Assembly (NCBI GenBank): GCA_973895155.1
Contig: OZ316894.1
Coordinates: 6,348,234 to 6,412,233, forward strand
From: Marsupella aquatica
Taxonomy: Eukaryota; Plantae; Marchantiophyta
Direction: 5' to 3'
Length of the DNA: 64,000 nt
The notes under the pieces: model-generated
What the model was told of the DNA's origin: nothing
Seen by the model: the letters and a program-made list of their open reading frames with translations, nothing else
Database searches by the model: none
Made by a program: the position numbers and the translations under genes
Shown here: positions 1-14,900 of the stretch, piece after piece
How the letters are laid out: the number at the start of each line of letters is the position of its first letter
Position numbering within the stretch: position 1 is the stretch's first letter

Positions 1-781
1 GTTGCAGGGCGCAAGGAGGGCCGGTCCATAAGGAGTTGGGCCAGGGCATTTATGGAGCGGAGGGCGAGAGGAAGGAGCGAGCGCATCGGGATCGAGGGGA
101 GGGTGATGCATCGCTCGAATATGTATATCCCAAGGGGGGGTCCATAATGAAGGCATGGGAGTGGGAGGCCCTTGCCAAAGACACGGGGGAGACCCTCAAT
201 GACACGACTGACCTCTTCACAAGCATTATTAGGGCGTCTCAGATATGGGGAAAAATCTGACCTTACGGGCGGCCCTCAAAGCTGTTGGGCGGACCAAAAC
301 TAGGTATACTCGGGCCAATATTTGCTGGGGTAGTTAGCAATGAGTTGTGTCGCGGCTCTATGCGTGAAGTGGTTTTCCTACTGGGGGACTCAAATATCAC
401 GCCGGGAGAGTTTTGCAGTCGCCCGAGTTAGGTTCGGGTGGACACGGCCTGAAAATGTGCGGGAGACCCTTAGGCTAGCCCATGACCAATGCAACATTAT
501 AGATTCCTATTTCCCATAGGGTCTAAAACCTAGAAGCTAGAAGCCTAGGCCCAAACTCTAGCTCATAGTTGGCGATTCATAAGTAAGATACGATTGCAAT
601 TTAATAATAAGATACACCACTGAGTGGACACTGGACAATCAGTATCTACTGAGGACCCCATAATCATTCCAGTACATCACTAACAATCAGTACATTCCGG
701 GCCAGTCGCCGACAGTGAAATTAAAGCCATAATTATACAACAATTCAGCTTGTAGCCAATTCTATTCCTCGCCAGTCTGAC

Positions 782-968
782 GATTACTCTCTTTGAGAAA
801 CCACCCTAGATTTTGCCCTACATTCGTGCCATTTAATTGACACACGGTTATTATGTTGTAGAACCATCCTACATGCCGCGCTACATCCGTGCCACTGAAT
901 TGACAGACGATTACTCTCTTCTAGAAACCAACTAGATTCCGCCCTACATTCGTGCCACTTAATTGACA
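782..968. repeat. Three degenerate ~63-bp tandem units
   Basis: cgattactctct...ctacattcgtgcca..taattgaca recurs at ~782, ~845 and ~908. Confidence 0.7.
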
Positions 969-1162
969 ATATCCACAGTAGTGAAGAGTAAAGACTATAA
1001 AGCATTGAGATGATGTCTAAACTGCCGATTCCCCATGCATTGCACATTCTGGTTACTGGATAATGTAATCGCACATAAGCTCTCCCTTCCTTTGCTCCCA
1101 ATAGAAGAGTCTGTCCTCTCACTCCAAATTCTTAGTCTCGGTCCGCATCTCTTGCTTGCAGG

Positions 1163-1669
1163 GTGATGGCTAAGCCGGTGAGCTCGAAGAATGTGGATGT
1201 TCCAACAGACAATGCAGAAGATTCTATCTATCATGGTACTCCTTTCAGATTGTGTAAGCGATGTGATATCATGTTTGCGGTGACTACATCCAGAGGTCAA
1301 ATGTTTTGTGAGAGAACCCACTGTTCGCCACATTTGACGACGGAAGATAAGATGGAGAGCAATCCAACCGTGTCGAATCCAAAGATGGAATCCGGGGAAA
1401 AGTTGAAGGCCAAAATACGCGTCGATTCTATTACGGTCAAGGCAGCAGCTGATGCTAAGAAAGTCAAGAAGGAGGCCAAGAATGTGGACGCAACTACAAA
1501 AAGGAAATTAGAGATGAAGGAAGATTGTGAATTGTATTATAGGAGGAGGAAGCCAAGCAACGCACGCAAATTTATGGACCATAGAGCTTGGGCAAAGGAG
1601 GCATTCTTGGATTCTGGCGAATCCACGCCAGACACGGATGAGTGGATGCCATCTTCGTGGAATGATTGA
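1163..1669 (+). CDS. Hypothetical 168-aa ORF with CxxC/CxxxHC and a Lys-rich tail
   Basis: Open frame only; no family recognised. Confidence 0.25.
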   Translation: MMAKPVSSKNVDVPTDNAEDSIYHGTPFRLCKRCDIMFAVTTSRGQMFCERTHCSPHLTTEDKMESNPTVSNPKMESGEKLKAKIRVDSITVKAAADAKKVKKEAKNVDATTKRKLEMKEDCELYYRRRKPSNARKFMDHRAWAKEAFLDSGESTPDTDEWMPSSWND

Positions 1670-3046
1670 CTCGATGTAAGGCTAGAGCTTATTGAATTTG
1701 AGTAAAACGTAGTCCAAGTTAGAACTCGGTAGGGATACGATGTAGCTAGATTTCATTCCGTAGGGATATATTTTAACAAAATCAGTTCAATGGAAATGGA
1801 TTCCACATTTGAAGTCCTTCGGGATGGATGTAGTCTTTTTTGGTAATCGACGAAAAAATATTCCACAATGGTCATTTATGTTTTCTGGCTTCTACTATAA
1901 TTCAAGTCATTTGAATGAAGTGAATTCTTGTTGAAATGATTCTCAAGATGGCTTCTCAGTCAACAACGAGAACCGCTAAGACTGGAGTGATACTATCCTA
2001 TATCTAAATTACCTTAGAAGACAACAATAATTTTGACTCGACTGTGCGCGTGCACTGTGAACAAGACTGGGTATTAAATCCGCGAATAGTGCTCCATGTA
2101 TGTACATGTTGGAATGCCTTGCATGTTTACCGGCGTCTGGAATAATTAGGTTCATCTGAATGAAGTCAGTTTAGACCACCTAGGGCTGAGACACTAGAAG
2201 AATCTGAGGTGAACTGAGACCGCAATATATGACTCATTTTGGCTCATGTGACTTCATTGTGACTCAACGTGACTTGACCCACGCTGTGACCCTTGGAGTT
2301 GCAAAAGTTGAGACCAAAAAATAGAAGTCACTATTGATACTGGGCTTTGCAACTTGCTTGATACCCATTTGTGACTGATCTGTGACTTTATTGTGGAGTC
2401 TAGCCTTGTTTCGACGTGACTGCAATATGACTTCAGCGAGTCACATCGTAAGTCACATACATGACTTACCCGCATTCAACAACGACTAGCGTGTGACCAT
2501 TTAGTGTCACAGGAGAGACCAATGGAGACCCTGGCCCGCGTCACACAACAGAACCATTTGGGACTCTATATACTCATGTTTATAACTAATAAGGTTCACA
2601 TGCAAGTTATAACCATGACTAATGAACACAGAGGGACAGTTCATAAGGAGAGAGAGAACTCGACATTACAATACATAGAAACCTGATGTTCTAAATTTAG
2701 AAATATAACACATTGAATACAAGAAATGAACATAGCATGAATGACATCCACATGAAACAAAGCATCATATAAGCAGATCCTACATAAAACATTCATAAGA
2801 ATTAAACACAATCACAATCTTGCTAAAAAATGAAGATCATTTGAATTCCAATGGAATAGTTTACAATGTGATCAATGTAATTCAGAAAAAACAGGAACTC
2901 ATAATTGATGACTGCAGGATGAGATAACTGAAAGCACATGCATGATACCATGAATCTCCAAGAGGACATGATTCTTGTACTGCTTCTTGACATCTAAAAT
3001 CTACATAACATGATTCACACTACAAACAAATAATGGCATGACATTG

Positions 3047-6000
3047 TTATGGATCCTCTATGAACTTGCTTGGCCATAATACCAAAGAACCTGCAGCATC
3101 TCCAAGTGTCTTTTGAGGAGGATCATCATTTGTGTTTGGAATGGGAATGACAGCTTTAGGTTTCACTAGTAATGTGACTAACACTACTGAATAACCTGGG
3201 GGAATCCTCTTGCCATGGAACGTTGTGGAACCAACCTGCACTCTGCCAAATCCTACTCGTGTTCCACTCTCATCAACAGCTAACAAGCCACTTTGTCCCT
3301 CAGCATTAGGTGCTTTCCCCACTTCCACCTTAGATCTTTCTGCCAGCACCATTCTTGGAGGTTTGTATGAAACCTTTGACGTGGCTCTGCTCCCACCAGC
3401 AGACTTGCTTCGTGTGCGCATGCTTCCTCTCTTCACAGTAGTGAAGCTAGGCTCAGTAGGTTCCTCTGTTAGGACTGTCACAGTAGCAGGTTCATCACTT
3501 GGGAGTGTCATACCAACTAACTCTTTGGTTGGATTTATCTCAACAAGAGGCACACCTGTCATTGAGAATGATACATTCTGCAAATCATTTATCTCTGCAA
3601 TGGAGTCAAGATCTACATAGCATGAATCTGGCTCAATGGTATCATTGTCATGCTTGCTGATATCCTCATTTGCCCCAACATTGATATCATCCACTCCCTT
3701 GCCAATGTCATCCTCATCCAAACATGGTTGACTGCCCTCTGTCAAACAAGTTGCTTGTACAGACTGCAACTTTGTTGCCTCTAAATTACAGCAAGTATTT
3801 GCCAGGTTCTCATACTTCTTCTTTGTAGCACCTGTCTTATTCTCTATGGACACAACAACCACAATATATGTTACTGAAAATAACACATTCAACAAACAAT
3901 GTCAATGCAAACTATACATTTAATAATCATATCCCACACAGTTGTAAAGGCCTTACCTTCAAGCCTACATGTCATTGGCATGCCAGAAGAGTGCATCGAC
4001 TTTGCCACCTCAAGTGGTGATGGTGGAACTCCTGCAGAATTGGAATCAATTTTATCTCTCACCAACACAACAGCTTCCATTAATGTCTTGAAGTTCACAT
4101 GGAACAAGTCAGTCAATGAATTCAAACGTTCATTGATCTCTGGAAGACATGTTTCGACAGCCTTCAAATGACCACTTATCTCTGTAAGTGAAGATCCACC
4201 TCCCTACATGACACAAGGGTATAGGTTCAATCACTCCATATGAAATGTTGGGCAATATATGCACAATCAATGTTATATACAGTGTACACCTGAAATTCAA
4301 CGCAGGTCATTCAATTACCAATCAGAACTCATATAACTTACATGCTTGGAGGATTCAGATGCACCCTCTTGAGCCCGGGTGTTCACAATTTCAGCCCTCA
4401 ACTCTTCTTTTGAAGGGCTTCGCCCCAATTGGGCTTTCTACACATGCATGGCAAACACAAGTTATCGATCAATATTCAGGGAACGTACACTAAAAAACAA
4501 AGTTTACATGTATGGGTTTACACTAAAAAACAGTACATAGTGTAGCATAAATTACATAGCTAGGCCATTCATTCTTACCAAACGTTTAGCTGTCGGTGCA
4601 GTGCCGGTCCTTCCTGTCAGATTAGGGTTCTGAACACTCAACCTGGCCTCGGTCATCTGTGAACTCTTCTTTTTTGAAGCATCTGTTATAAAATAAGCTA
4701 CTAACCTTGCCCACACTTTATCATCACAACTGGCTGGTGGAGGCATATCTGGCTTCTCCCCACCTTCCTTCCAAGCCTTATGCATTCTCCACCTCTCTTG
4801 CTTGATGATTTTACCTGCTATACTCTCTAGGCAACCTATGTCCACGCCATCATCACTGCCCACATAATTCCATTTGGCAGCAACATTTTCACATACAGTC
4901 TTCCAATCTTTTGGATGCTGTTTTTTAAAATTAATAACACTCACATCTAACCAACGCAATACTTCAGCTTTCAAATCAGCATGCCATCGGTTCTTGCGAG
5001 GACACTTAGCATCCACCCATTGTCTCTCATTCAACTTTATGTTCCCTTTCTTTGTCACCTCCCCTCGTGCACTGCTCTCGGTAGTATTGGGCGTTGTATT
5101 GGCCACCCCTTCATTCACCCTACCTGGGGTTCTGAAGCCACCTAGGAAAATACAATGCCATTCATGCTTGAGAACTACATATAGCAGAATGGATGACGGC
5201 AACATTCAATGCTTCACTTCAAGAAAAATTCTTCAAACATACATACCTGTAGCTTTGCCTGTAGATGCCTGTGTAGGGACTGCACTCTGAAATTGTTGCG
5301 ACCCTGGACCACCTGTCCAGCCTAGTACAGGGGCCGGATGATGTCACTTTCTAGGTATGTGTGTGAAAACATATGTACTGAAAACTAGGTACAAACTGTA
5401 GAAAAACAACTGAACATTCACCGACATACCTGTCCCCCTTCTGTGCTGCATCTGCATAGGGGCATTAGTGAATACTTGAGTCGATGGTTCGACTGTTCAA
5501 CCTGCACACATACATTTTCTATCATTATACATGTGCAGAATCCCCCCCACGTGAATGGACTCCAGATATAATGAGTTCTTCCATTGCTGACAAGATCAGA
5601 CATTACCTGCCCCTCTTCCAGCGTTTGTAGGTACTATATTTTGATATCCCTGCCAATTACCTTCACCACCTTCCCAACCTTGTTCATTCCACGACCCACC
5701 ACCATCCTCCCAACCTGGTTCAACCCATGTCTGCCCTTGTGGACATTGGAACTGATCATTACTAGCATTTGCCCAATCAGGTTGGGCAGAATCTGCATGC
5801 AATGGTAGGTGGACAGAATTTCATGTTGTCTGAATCCAATACATCCCAAACAATGTCAAAAATTGATATGCAGTCTGAAATTCAGGAGTGCCATGCCTTC
5901 ACAAAGAACTGGCATATAGATATATACTCACATCCCCATGGTTGAGGTGGACGTCCATACCCACGAGATTGTGGGTTTGGACCTGCTCTGCCTCTACCAC

Positions 6001-6760
6001 GGGCATAACCTAGAGCTTGCCCCCTGCCATAGTATTGGGCACCAGCCTGGGATCTACCACTACTACCACCTCGCCAACCTTGATCAGAGGTCAGCCCCCC
6101 TGCTGGTATGGTGCATGCATAGGCTTCGAAGGCAAAACAGAACTGGCAGGACGCTGCATCACATCACCAACTACAATGTCAGGAACTAAGTAAGGTACAT
6201 ATGTGTAGTACTGAACATATGAAACCTCTAAACAAGAGTTTTTAACTCAAAACCTTGTTGGGAAAACTACTTACCTGTTTCTTTTGGGGCTGCTCTGCAA
6301 TGTATTCATCTTCATAACCCCCATCCTCATCCATTTCCCCTGGAAAATACTCATCATCTGCACCTTCTTGTCTAGTGTCTGCACCCACCTGTGCAGCATC
6401 AATGTCATCTCCACATTCTGCCATTGTAGGTACGACCTTCTTGCTCAACCTGTCACTCCGACGCACAGGCCCAGAGATAGTGCTGGTCACCCTTCTTGCG
6501 TACTCCTTTTGTTTCTTTGAAAATGCTGTGGCTCTGCGACATTCCAATATGAGAATACAGTCACAATTTCAGTGCCACATTGAACTATTCATGTCACACA
6601 AACTCAGCGGAGGGGTGTAGTTGAGAATCGTTCCCTTACAATTCAGCCACATTCTTTTCCAGATCCAGTTCTGCGATTTTGGCTTTCACGTATGCTCGTT
6701 GTTCCATAGCTTTCCTTTCATACTCACACATCTCTGTGTCACTCTGTTCCATCCTACTGG
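3047..6760 (-). CDS. Multi-exon TnpA-like (Ptta/En/Spm ORF2) gene of CACTA-1; exon limits approximate
   Basis: ORF pieces: EYERKAMEQRAYVKAKIAELDL (6636-6760); W..LVAYF....KKKSSQMTEAR....TGRTG (4552-5205); C-terminal HGKRIPPGYSVVLV...PIPN...LGDAAGSLVLWP (3047-3300, DUF8039/Tnp1-like). Short GT-AG introns lie between them. Confidence 0.7.
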
Positions 6761-6908
6761 ACCACAAAAACATGTCATCTATGGTCACCCCGTATAACAC
6801 AATGCAACCACAATCACCAGGCATCCATCCATACATTTGTGTTGCTTCAGAATTACTTTATTACACATCCTTCCCCTCACTAATGTCCATGCAAACAATT
6901 CACATTAC

Positions 6909-9900
6909 TCATGGCACAGGCACACTGTTGGCATCTGCATCTCTGAATTCGCCTACTTCAGCAAATGCATCTACCCTTGTCACAGGAATGAAGTCCCCGC
7001 TATCATGAACTACAGGCACTTGGTCTGAACGCCGACGATCAAAGGCACTATGAGAGTGTAAATGAAACTCAAGGTTTGATCCTTCCATCCGACGTTGCCT
7101 GGCCTGTTTATGACACACTACACGCCAACCTGGGGAGTCTTCCACATCCAGGAAGAAAGCTTGCTCCACCTGACTAGGAAACACAAATGGCTCAGACCAT
7201 TCGGGCAATTTCCCTCTGAAATTGGTCAGCAAGAAACCGTCGTTGTCTCTCTTCATGGTAGCCCTGTTACCAAGCCAATCCTGCCGCACCCATGAACCTT
7301 TCATAAGAATCACAGGACTGGACACTGCCCCATAGTCCAGAGCCCATATGTCAACTAATTCTCCCACATATCCCATCTCCATCCAGGCCCTGTCGTGATT
7401 GTGGCTCTGTTGCTCAAATACAGTGATGAGCCCACAGTCATTCGTCACCCTGTAGGCACTGTCACCATCCTTCACTCGAAAGTGATTCCCATATGCTCTC
7501 ATCCGTTTGTAAGTCTTCAGTTTCAGGCTAGGGGCATTAGACAGTAGGTAAACATCTGCATCCATGTCTGGGTGGGTCTCGTGATGCTCTCTAATTGCCA
7601 CTCTGATCCACTCCATGAAACCTGGAAAAGTTGTTCCTGCAATGGGATGGGCCGCCTTCAATGACTCATACTCCCTGAACAAACAACCACACAGCATTAG
7701 CTTGGGTAAACATGAACAGGCTGAAGGAGAAAACCACACAAACACAACATTTAAGCTCATGAACTGGATTATAGCACATGTATGCACTCACTGTATCCAG
7801 GGTTCCATCACCACAGTGTTGTGCAATACAAAGTCATGTGCCAAGTCTCTCATAGATATGGTCAGGTTCTTTGTGGTTGCAGCCCCTTCCAGTACTTCAC
7901 CTATCACCCCTTCCTCCTCATCAGAATTCCACACCCTGGTCTTCACATGCTCATATTGTGCTATGTATTCGGTCAAAAATCCCAGAGTCTCATCCTTGAT
8001 GTAACCTTTAGCCATGCTTGCTTCAGGTTTGTAATATGTTCTCACGTGACCTTTGAGTAGCTTCATGTACCGTTCCAAAGGGTACAACCAACGAGCACTC
8101 ACAGGCCCAAATTGGTGTAGCTCTTCCACAACATGGACAAGTAGGTGGGTCATGACATCAAAAAATGCGAGAGGAAAATAAATCTCCAGGTCACACAGCA
8201 CCTGAGTGACATCTTCTGTCAGTTGTGGGAAGTGTGTTTCATCCCAAACCTTCACACAAATACGACGAAACACATCACTGAGTCGCATGATCACAGTACG
8301 AACAGGCTTCTGCAACAGGCCCCTCAGGCATAAAGGCAACACCTGTTGCATCAACATATGGTAGTCATGGCTTTTCATACTACCAAGATTTCTAGTCATG
8401 ATATGCTTCTTGAAAGCACTGCCATAGTTTGAAGGAACCTTCAAAGAACTCAACCTCTGCACAAATAGTTCCCACTCTGTGTCTGTCAGAAGATAGGGCG
8501 CTTGGTACTTCAAGAGCACATCAGCTCTGTGGGCATGTGGCCTCAACCAAAGATGGGGTTTCATTCCCCTTTGTTCAAGATCTAACTGAACCAGTGTCTT
8601 TCTCTCCACACAAGAATCTGAGTAGACTCTCACAAATATTCTTTTCAATGTGCATAACATCAATGTTATGTTTGCTTGGCTCAAACTCCTGCATCGTTGC
8701 AATGCAAAAGCGTCAGGAAATGCCTCAAGTTTAGTCTCTCTCTTCGAAATGAATGCACATGCTCTGAACCAAAACATGTATCCCAATTAGCATCAACTCC
8801 AAGAGGCTTACCCTCCAGTACTTAAGCTCCAAGTCCAATATGCTCAGTCTTTTTACACCATATCGCTTTATTGGATCACTCACTCCATCTTCCCTGCCCC
8901 CTCGTTTGATATAGTCATCCCTCAATGCTCCCCACTGCCTGATCTCCTCTTTGGTCACTCATGCCAGGGGTCCACGTTGCTCAATCTCATTGCCAAAGTG
9001 TGCAATCAGTGCCTGTCTTTCTCTGTAAGGGTGATCTGCCTTCAGAAAACGACGATGGCCCATGTATATCACTTTCTGCAGGGCTCTGGAGTACTCACTG
9101 GTGACATTGCGCCCACAGATAGTACAAGCACAATATCCTTTTGTTGTTTGGCCTGATATCATCCCATGGGCTGGGTAGTCAGCTATAGTCAGAATGACAA
9201 TGGCTCTAAGGATGAATGGGTTTAACCTCCCAAGCCTCTGTAGGACATCATATGTGAGAACTCCTTCCTCCCAAAGCTTTCTCAATTCCTCCACTAGGGG
9301 AGCCAGAAACACATCTATGTTGGCAGATACAGCACTGTCTGGCCCTGGTATCAGTAGGACCATCAGAACAAAAAATCGCTTTGTAGTCATCCAAGGAGGA
9401 AGGTTATAATTCAAAATAGTTACAAGCCAACACAAAAATTTGTTGTTCTTGTCTCCAAATGGGTTTACCCCATCCAATGACAGCCCAAGTCTGACATTCC
9501 TCGGCTCAGCAGCAAATTCGGGATACATCTCATCTATGAGTTTCCATTGCCTTGAATCTGCAGCATGACGTTGTAGCCCATCATCACTTTTCTTGTCAGT
9601 TGCCCAAGTCATCATCTCTGAGATGGCACGGCTTCTGAACATCCGCTGAAGTCTGGGAATGAGTGGAAAATGACGAAGTACCTTGGCGGGAACCATAGAC
9701 TTTCCTGAGTTCCGATACCTGTGCTTCCCACACTTAGGGCATGTCAACGATTCTTTATACTCCTTTCTGAAAAGAACATGCCCATCAGGACAGGCATGGA
9801 TCGAATCATAGTTCAATCCAAGATTAGATATGCATCTTTTTGCCTCGTACATGTTCTTGGGAAAAATATTACCATCTGGTAGCACAGTTGTTCGCAAGAA

Positions 9901-10635
9901 TGCCAACAACTCAGAAACCAAAACGTTGGGGACATTGTGGTTGCCGCAAATGTTCAGGAACATGATGACAAATCCCAGTTTAGAACATTTGCTACCGGGG
10001 TACAAAGACTTCCTGCCTTCCTGTATTTGCAGGGGAGAGCCAAACATCCCATCATGCCCAGGGGTTTCCTGCCCTATCTCAAACTCATCAAGAGGCTCTT
10101 CGACAGGGGGCACACTTGCATCTGCAGCCGTATCCTCTTCGTTGTCCAGCCCATCATGAAATGCATCCAAGTCTTGGAAGATGTCTCTCACCATCTCTTC
10201 CACATGAATTCCTTTGTCACGTGGTGCTGCCTGAGCACCATCCCGTTGGAGAGCTGACAACCCACAGAGACCAGCTACAACATTTTCAAATGCACCAGGC
10301 AGAACCTCACTTGCCCGTCTTGCAGCATTGGCAGCATCAAATTCTAACCTCCACTCCTTGTTGGAAGAATCTTCCTCTGCAGGATCATTCCAAACTCGAT
10401 GTCGTGGATCTCTTCCATGAACCGCGATATGCCGCCAAACCTCATTCAGACCCCTGGTACGGGATCCTTGGCAGATTGCACAAGGACATCTCATCCTACT
10501 GGCTCCTGAAAGTCTGGTTCGTAACCTTTCACGCTGCCAAAGCTTATTATCATGGCGTGATATCCTTGTGGGATGATGCAAAGGCAGTGCCTGTGCCCTG
10601 GGCTGGGTCTGGGGAGGGTGGTGACCAGGGTGCAT
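6909..10635 (-). pseudogene. CACTA transposase TnpD (transposase-associated Zn finger, Transposase_21, DUF4218, DUF4216), disrupted
   Basis: CPCAICQG...WRHI; IHACPDGHVLF; RHFPLIPRLQRMF; RNVRLGLSLDGVNPF; NYNLPPW; MKSHDYH; FFDVMTHLLVH; WLYPLERYM; EPFVFPSQVEQAFF. In-frame TGA at 8959 and a frameshift near 8590. Confidence 0.93.
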
Positions 10636-11061
10636 TGTAATAGGCTAGGAGCTCTGCAGTCATGGACAGCAGTGAACAAGGATGCCTAATGGTGGTATTT
10701 GTGTTCCATATATCCCTGACTGTATCTGCCAAAAGAGTTAACATAACGTGTACTAAATTCTCACAAACCCTAAACCACCCCAAAAGAAAAAAACAGGTTC
10801 GCAAGTAGTGTACCTATTGTCAAGTGAATGACACAAAATTCCTAAATGTTGGAGGGTGTCACCACCTCCTCCGCTGTCCTCAAATGTACCGCCTCTGCAT
10901 GTACGTTTACAGTGACACCCCTAGGCAGCAGGAAACAACAATCCGCCAACAGTAAAATAAGCCCAACTGCCACCAACCATAACAAGGTACATTAGTTCAA
11001 AGATCACATTTATTTCTGATTTATACAAAAAAACTTGTGTCCAAACTGATGCTACTACTCC

Positions 11062-11894
11062 TCACTCTGATTCAGAATCGCTAATGACCCATTCCTCACT
11101 TGTTGTCTCATAGTCCTCTCTGTAAGGATCCTGACCCTTCCGTGGCCAGGCCTCAAAAAGATCATAGTCCATTGGGTTTTGACGCTTCCCAGCTGCTACT
11201 GATTCCACAAGCCAAGCATATGAAACCACAAACACATTATGGGACATGACATAAAAGTGAATGTCTCCCTTCCCAAACTTGCGGCAGGCTTTGGGATATG
11301 ACTTAGTAATGACATGAGTGGTGTCCTCTGTTATATTCTCCTCCACTGTCCCACCTAGGTCAAGCACCATGGACTTGTACACTTTGCACTTAACCTCTCC
11401 AATTCCCGCCTCCACAAATACCATGCTCAGCCCTTTCAGAATGGGGGTTGGTTGCTTCGTCCTTTGTTGAGTACAGGTCCATATTGGACATCAGCAAGCC
11501 GTGCCTTTGCTTCCCAGACTTCTTGTTCAGCCCAAGCTGATGCAGTAGCTTCTTCATCCTCCCATAGCTCATATTGCTCAGTATCCTGTACAATCTGATG
11601 TGCTATGGAATCTGTGATCCAAGAGGCCTCAACTACTTTTAGGCCTTGCTTAGTAATTGCAGAATTCATGTAGGACCATGACCACTTCTTTATCACTGAT
11701 AGCCATGTCCCTGCAACAACATGTGTAGTCTCTGGAGTGATGTCCTGAACTACAGTGCCATGGAGCTCAGAGAATCATTTCTGTACAGTTGGCCAATGCA
11801 CTTTGGTCAACCCATGCTGGCCATGGACCAAAATGGCTCTGACCCCTATAAACACTGCTAGGTGGTCACACTTTCTACGTTTCCCAGGCTCCAT
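11062..11894 (-). pseudogene. Tandem BRCT-domain gene, CACTA-1 cargo
   Basis: Two BRCT-like units: LHGTVVQDITPETTHVV...VVEASWITDSI...YEL and LGGTVEENITEDTTHVI...VVSYAWLVESV...YDL. ATG at 11894, one TGA near 11775 and one frameshift near 11440. Confidence 0.8.
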
Positions 11895-11947
11895 GTACAC
11901 ACACCCTACGTGATGACAGTGAATTTTGGAAGAATGGGTTCACCTGA

Positions 11948-14900
11948 TGTGGTGCGTCCCATGGCTCCCTAAACCCAAGAAACCCCCCAGCTCAAGCCGA
12001 TTCCCGCAGGTTTCGCGCTTGGCGAGGCCGTTTCCGCGGCTTAGCGGCATGGGACGCTGCTAACCTTCTACTACTACTATTAACATTTTACATACATATA
12101 CTGGACAGATCCTTCATCGGGTCATGAGATACGTAGCCGGCCTAATCTAGGCCTTCCCCTGTCTTCCCCTCCGTCTTGTTAGGTATGTTTGGATTCCGCC
12201 GCCGGAATGATCCCCAATAGGCTTGGTTAAGCCGCTAAGACCTCTCTCAGCTCGACACATCCAACTCTCACTCCCCTGCTTACTTTCCTTCCTTTTGGTT
12301 GATGTGGGCACTCTTCACACAAGTTAATGCAACACACAAATAGCAAAATGACTCATTCTGACTGAGTCATACCATGCACTTGCCATACAAACAGTACATC
12401 TCATACACAAGTTCTACGAACTAAGCCGTGAGGCCAACTCTATTCAGCTCTTAGGCATGAGGAAACATGAATATACACAAGGGTCACTGTATGACTAACC
12501 GAGAGCTTCTCGTACTACTTGATCCCAGCCCGGCTGGTGCAAACTAAAAACTTGCTAAAGAAGAGGCCCTGAGCTCCCCGCTGCCCAGGTACTTATCCTG
12601 GTAGTGGATCCGCCATTCTTTGCATCGTAAGCCTAATCTACCTAACAGTAATCTACTTGCCCGAATCTACCTATGTACAGCAAGGCAGGAGCACAAGTGT
12701 TGCTCCTACCAGTGGAACCGCAATCCCACTAAGCTAAGTGTCAGGGCCGCTCCTGGTTCTGATCCTAATCCTAAACTTGGAGATCAGCGCCCGCCCTGCC
12801 CACTCACGCCTCCTCCCTCCACGTCCGCCCTCCCTAAAAGGAACGGCGCCCTTGCACCGTCACGACACCGGTGGTGGATCCTTAATGGACGCCCCCAACG
12901 CTTCCTCCTCAGCCACTGCCGTAGGTTCATTCTCTGACAGATTACCTGCCCTTGACTGAGTCAACTCTCCATCGGCCTGACTGGGTCCACCATCGGCGTC
13001 GGCATCGGCTCGGGAACGGGTTACGGCCTCAGCCTCGGCTACGGTCTCCCCGGCCTGCTCAAGAGGCGGATCTGGGATACCGGCCTCATTACTGAGTAGT
13101 TCGGCTTGGGCCGCACCACCCCCACCTGTGATGATAGCGGGATCTATTGCCGTATTCATGCCGGAGGATGGTGCTGGTTCTACCTCCTTGGTCACCACGG
13201 CTTGTGGAGTCGGATTACTCCTTGACCCTGAAGGTTTCCGCTTTTTCTTCTTTTCTGGTTCGGCAGCTGGTCCCTTCCCCTTCCCACTTACTTCCGGCAC
13301 TGGTACAGGTGGTGCGGCTTTTTCTTCGGCCAGTACCACTCCTGGTAACTTGGTTGCCCCAATTGGAGTTGGGCCTGATGAAGATAAGCACTTAAATACT
13401 GCGGCTTGTTTCTTCAGCCACTCCGTTTGGTTGCCGGCCCGCCGCTGGAGGTTCTCCATCTTCCTCGTGATTTCCTCCAACTCCTCCTGGGTCTCATCCA
13501 GGTCCTTGTGTGCCTCCTCTAGTTCCTTCTGGGCTTCCTCCCGTTCTTGTTTCAAGGTAGTCCTCTCCTCCCGGGTTGCTCTTAGCTCCTTGTCGAGCTC
13601 TGCAATGATGACAGACTCCATCTGGTTCATCTTGGCGTAAGTCTGTTCGAGCATCTCGTCCTTCTCCCTTAGGTCGGCCTTGAAGCTGGCCGTCAGGGAC
13701 GCAAGCTCCTGCTGCAGCACCATAATCCCTTGATAGGATTTCCCTAACTCGGCCTCCTTCTGCTCAAGGGCTCCGCGGATTTTCTCGAGCTCCCCCTTCA
13801 ACGCCCATTCCTTTCTTTGGGTCTCCGCCATGGCCCGGCTGTTGGCTGTTATGTGGGCCTCCTCTGTATTCTTCAGCTCTTGCTTCCACTTCTCCCTCTC
13901 TTTGATCGTGTCGGCCAACTCTCCCTGCGTCTGAGTCAGTTTATCCTTGATATTCTGATTATCAGCCTGCGCGGTGTCCAACTGCCCCTGCATGATGTTC
14001 AGCTCATGTCGTTTAATCCGCAGTTCATCTTGGGATTTCTTGGCCGCCCTTAGATCTTCAATCTCGGCTTCCATCCTCCTAAGCCGTCGAATGACCTCGT
14101 CCTTCTTGCTTCTCTCTAAAGCCACCGCTTCTTCTAATTGGTGCTTCTCCAACTGCTCCCTATGGAAAAAGGGTCCTACCTCCAACTCCTCTCCAAAGAT
14201 GCCGAGTGCAAGTTCCCCACACATCTCACCATACTCCATGGCTCTATTCTTAGCGTAGGTGGAGTAAGTAGAAGTGATCGGCATCGCCCATCGCGGCCTC
14301 TGCTCCCAACCCGTCTTGCGGATCTCTTCAATCGTGGCTAGAGGTTTGCTTCCTTTTTTGGCTAGCCGCCTGATGTCCTCCGGCCAATCTCCTCCTGGTA
14401 AATCCTTTTCCCTAGCCAGGGCTGCCTCCTCTTCCTGCTTGATTCGCTCCTGAAATTCCTGCACCGTCTGTTTTATGCCGTCGAAGCTCGGGGGAGCAAC
14501 ATCTGGTGGGGGAGACTCAGGGCTACTCTGCTGGTTGGGGTCCCCTCGCACTACCCTTGGAAGTGTGGGGACAAACCGGCCACAGGTCCTTACTCCTGGG
14601 ACGTGATGGTCCGACCCATAGCCGGAATTATCATGGCTGCAATCCTCCACTGCCTCCTCTACTTCTTGGCCGTCCAGCTTCTCCCTCTCCTCTTCGTCGG
14701 TAGGAGCTTCAGGCAATTCTGCCTCAGATTCGGAGCTTGAGATTCCCACATACATTCGAACACCTGGCTTGGATTCAGGCCTGATTCTCTCCTTGTCTCC
14801 AGCAAAGGGGTTTTCTCTTGTGAGCCGGTGTAGGCCTACCTCTGTAGTAGTGTCCTGCATTGTTGCCGTTGCCGTTGTTGTTGCCGATGCCGATTTCTTT

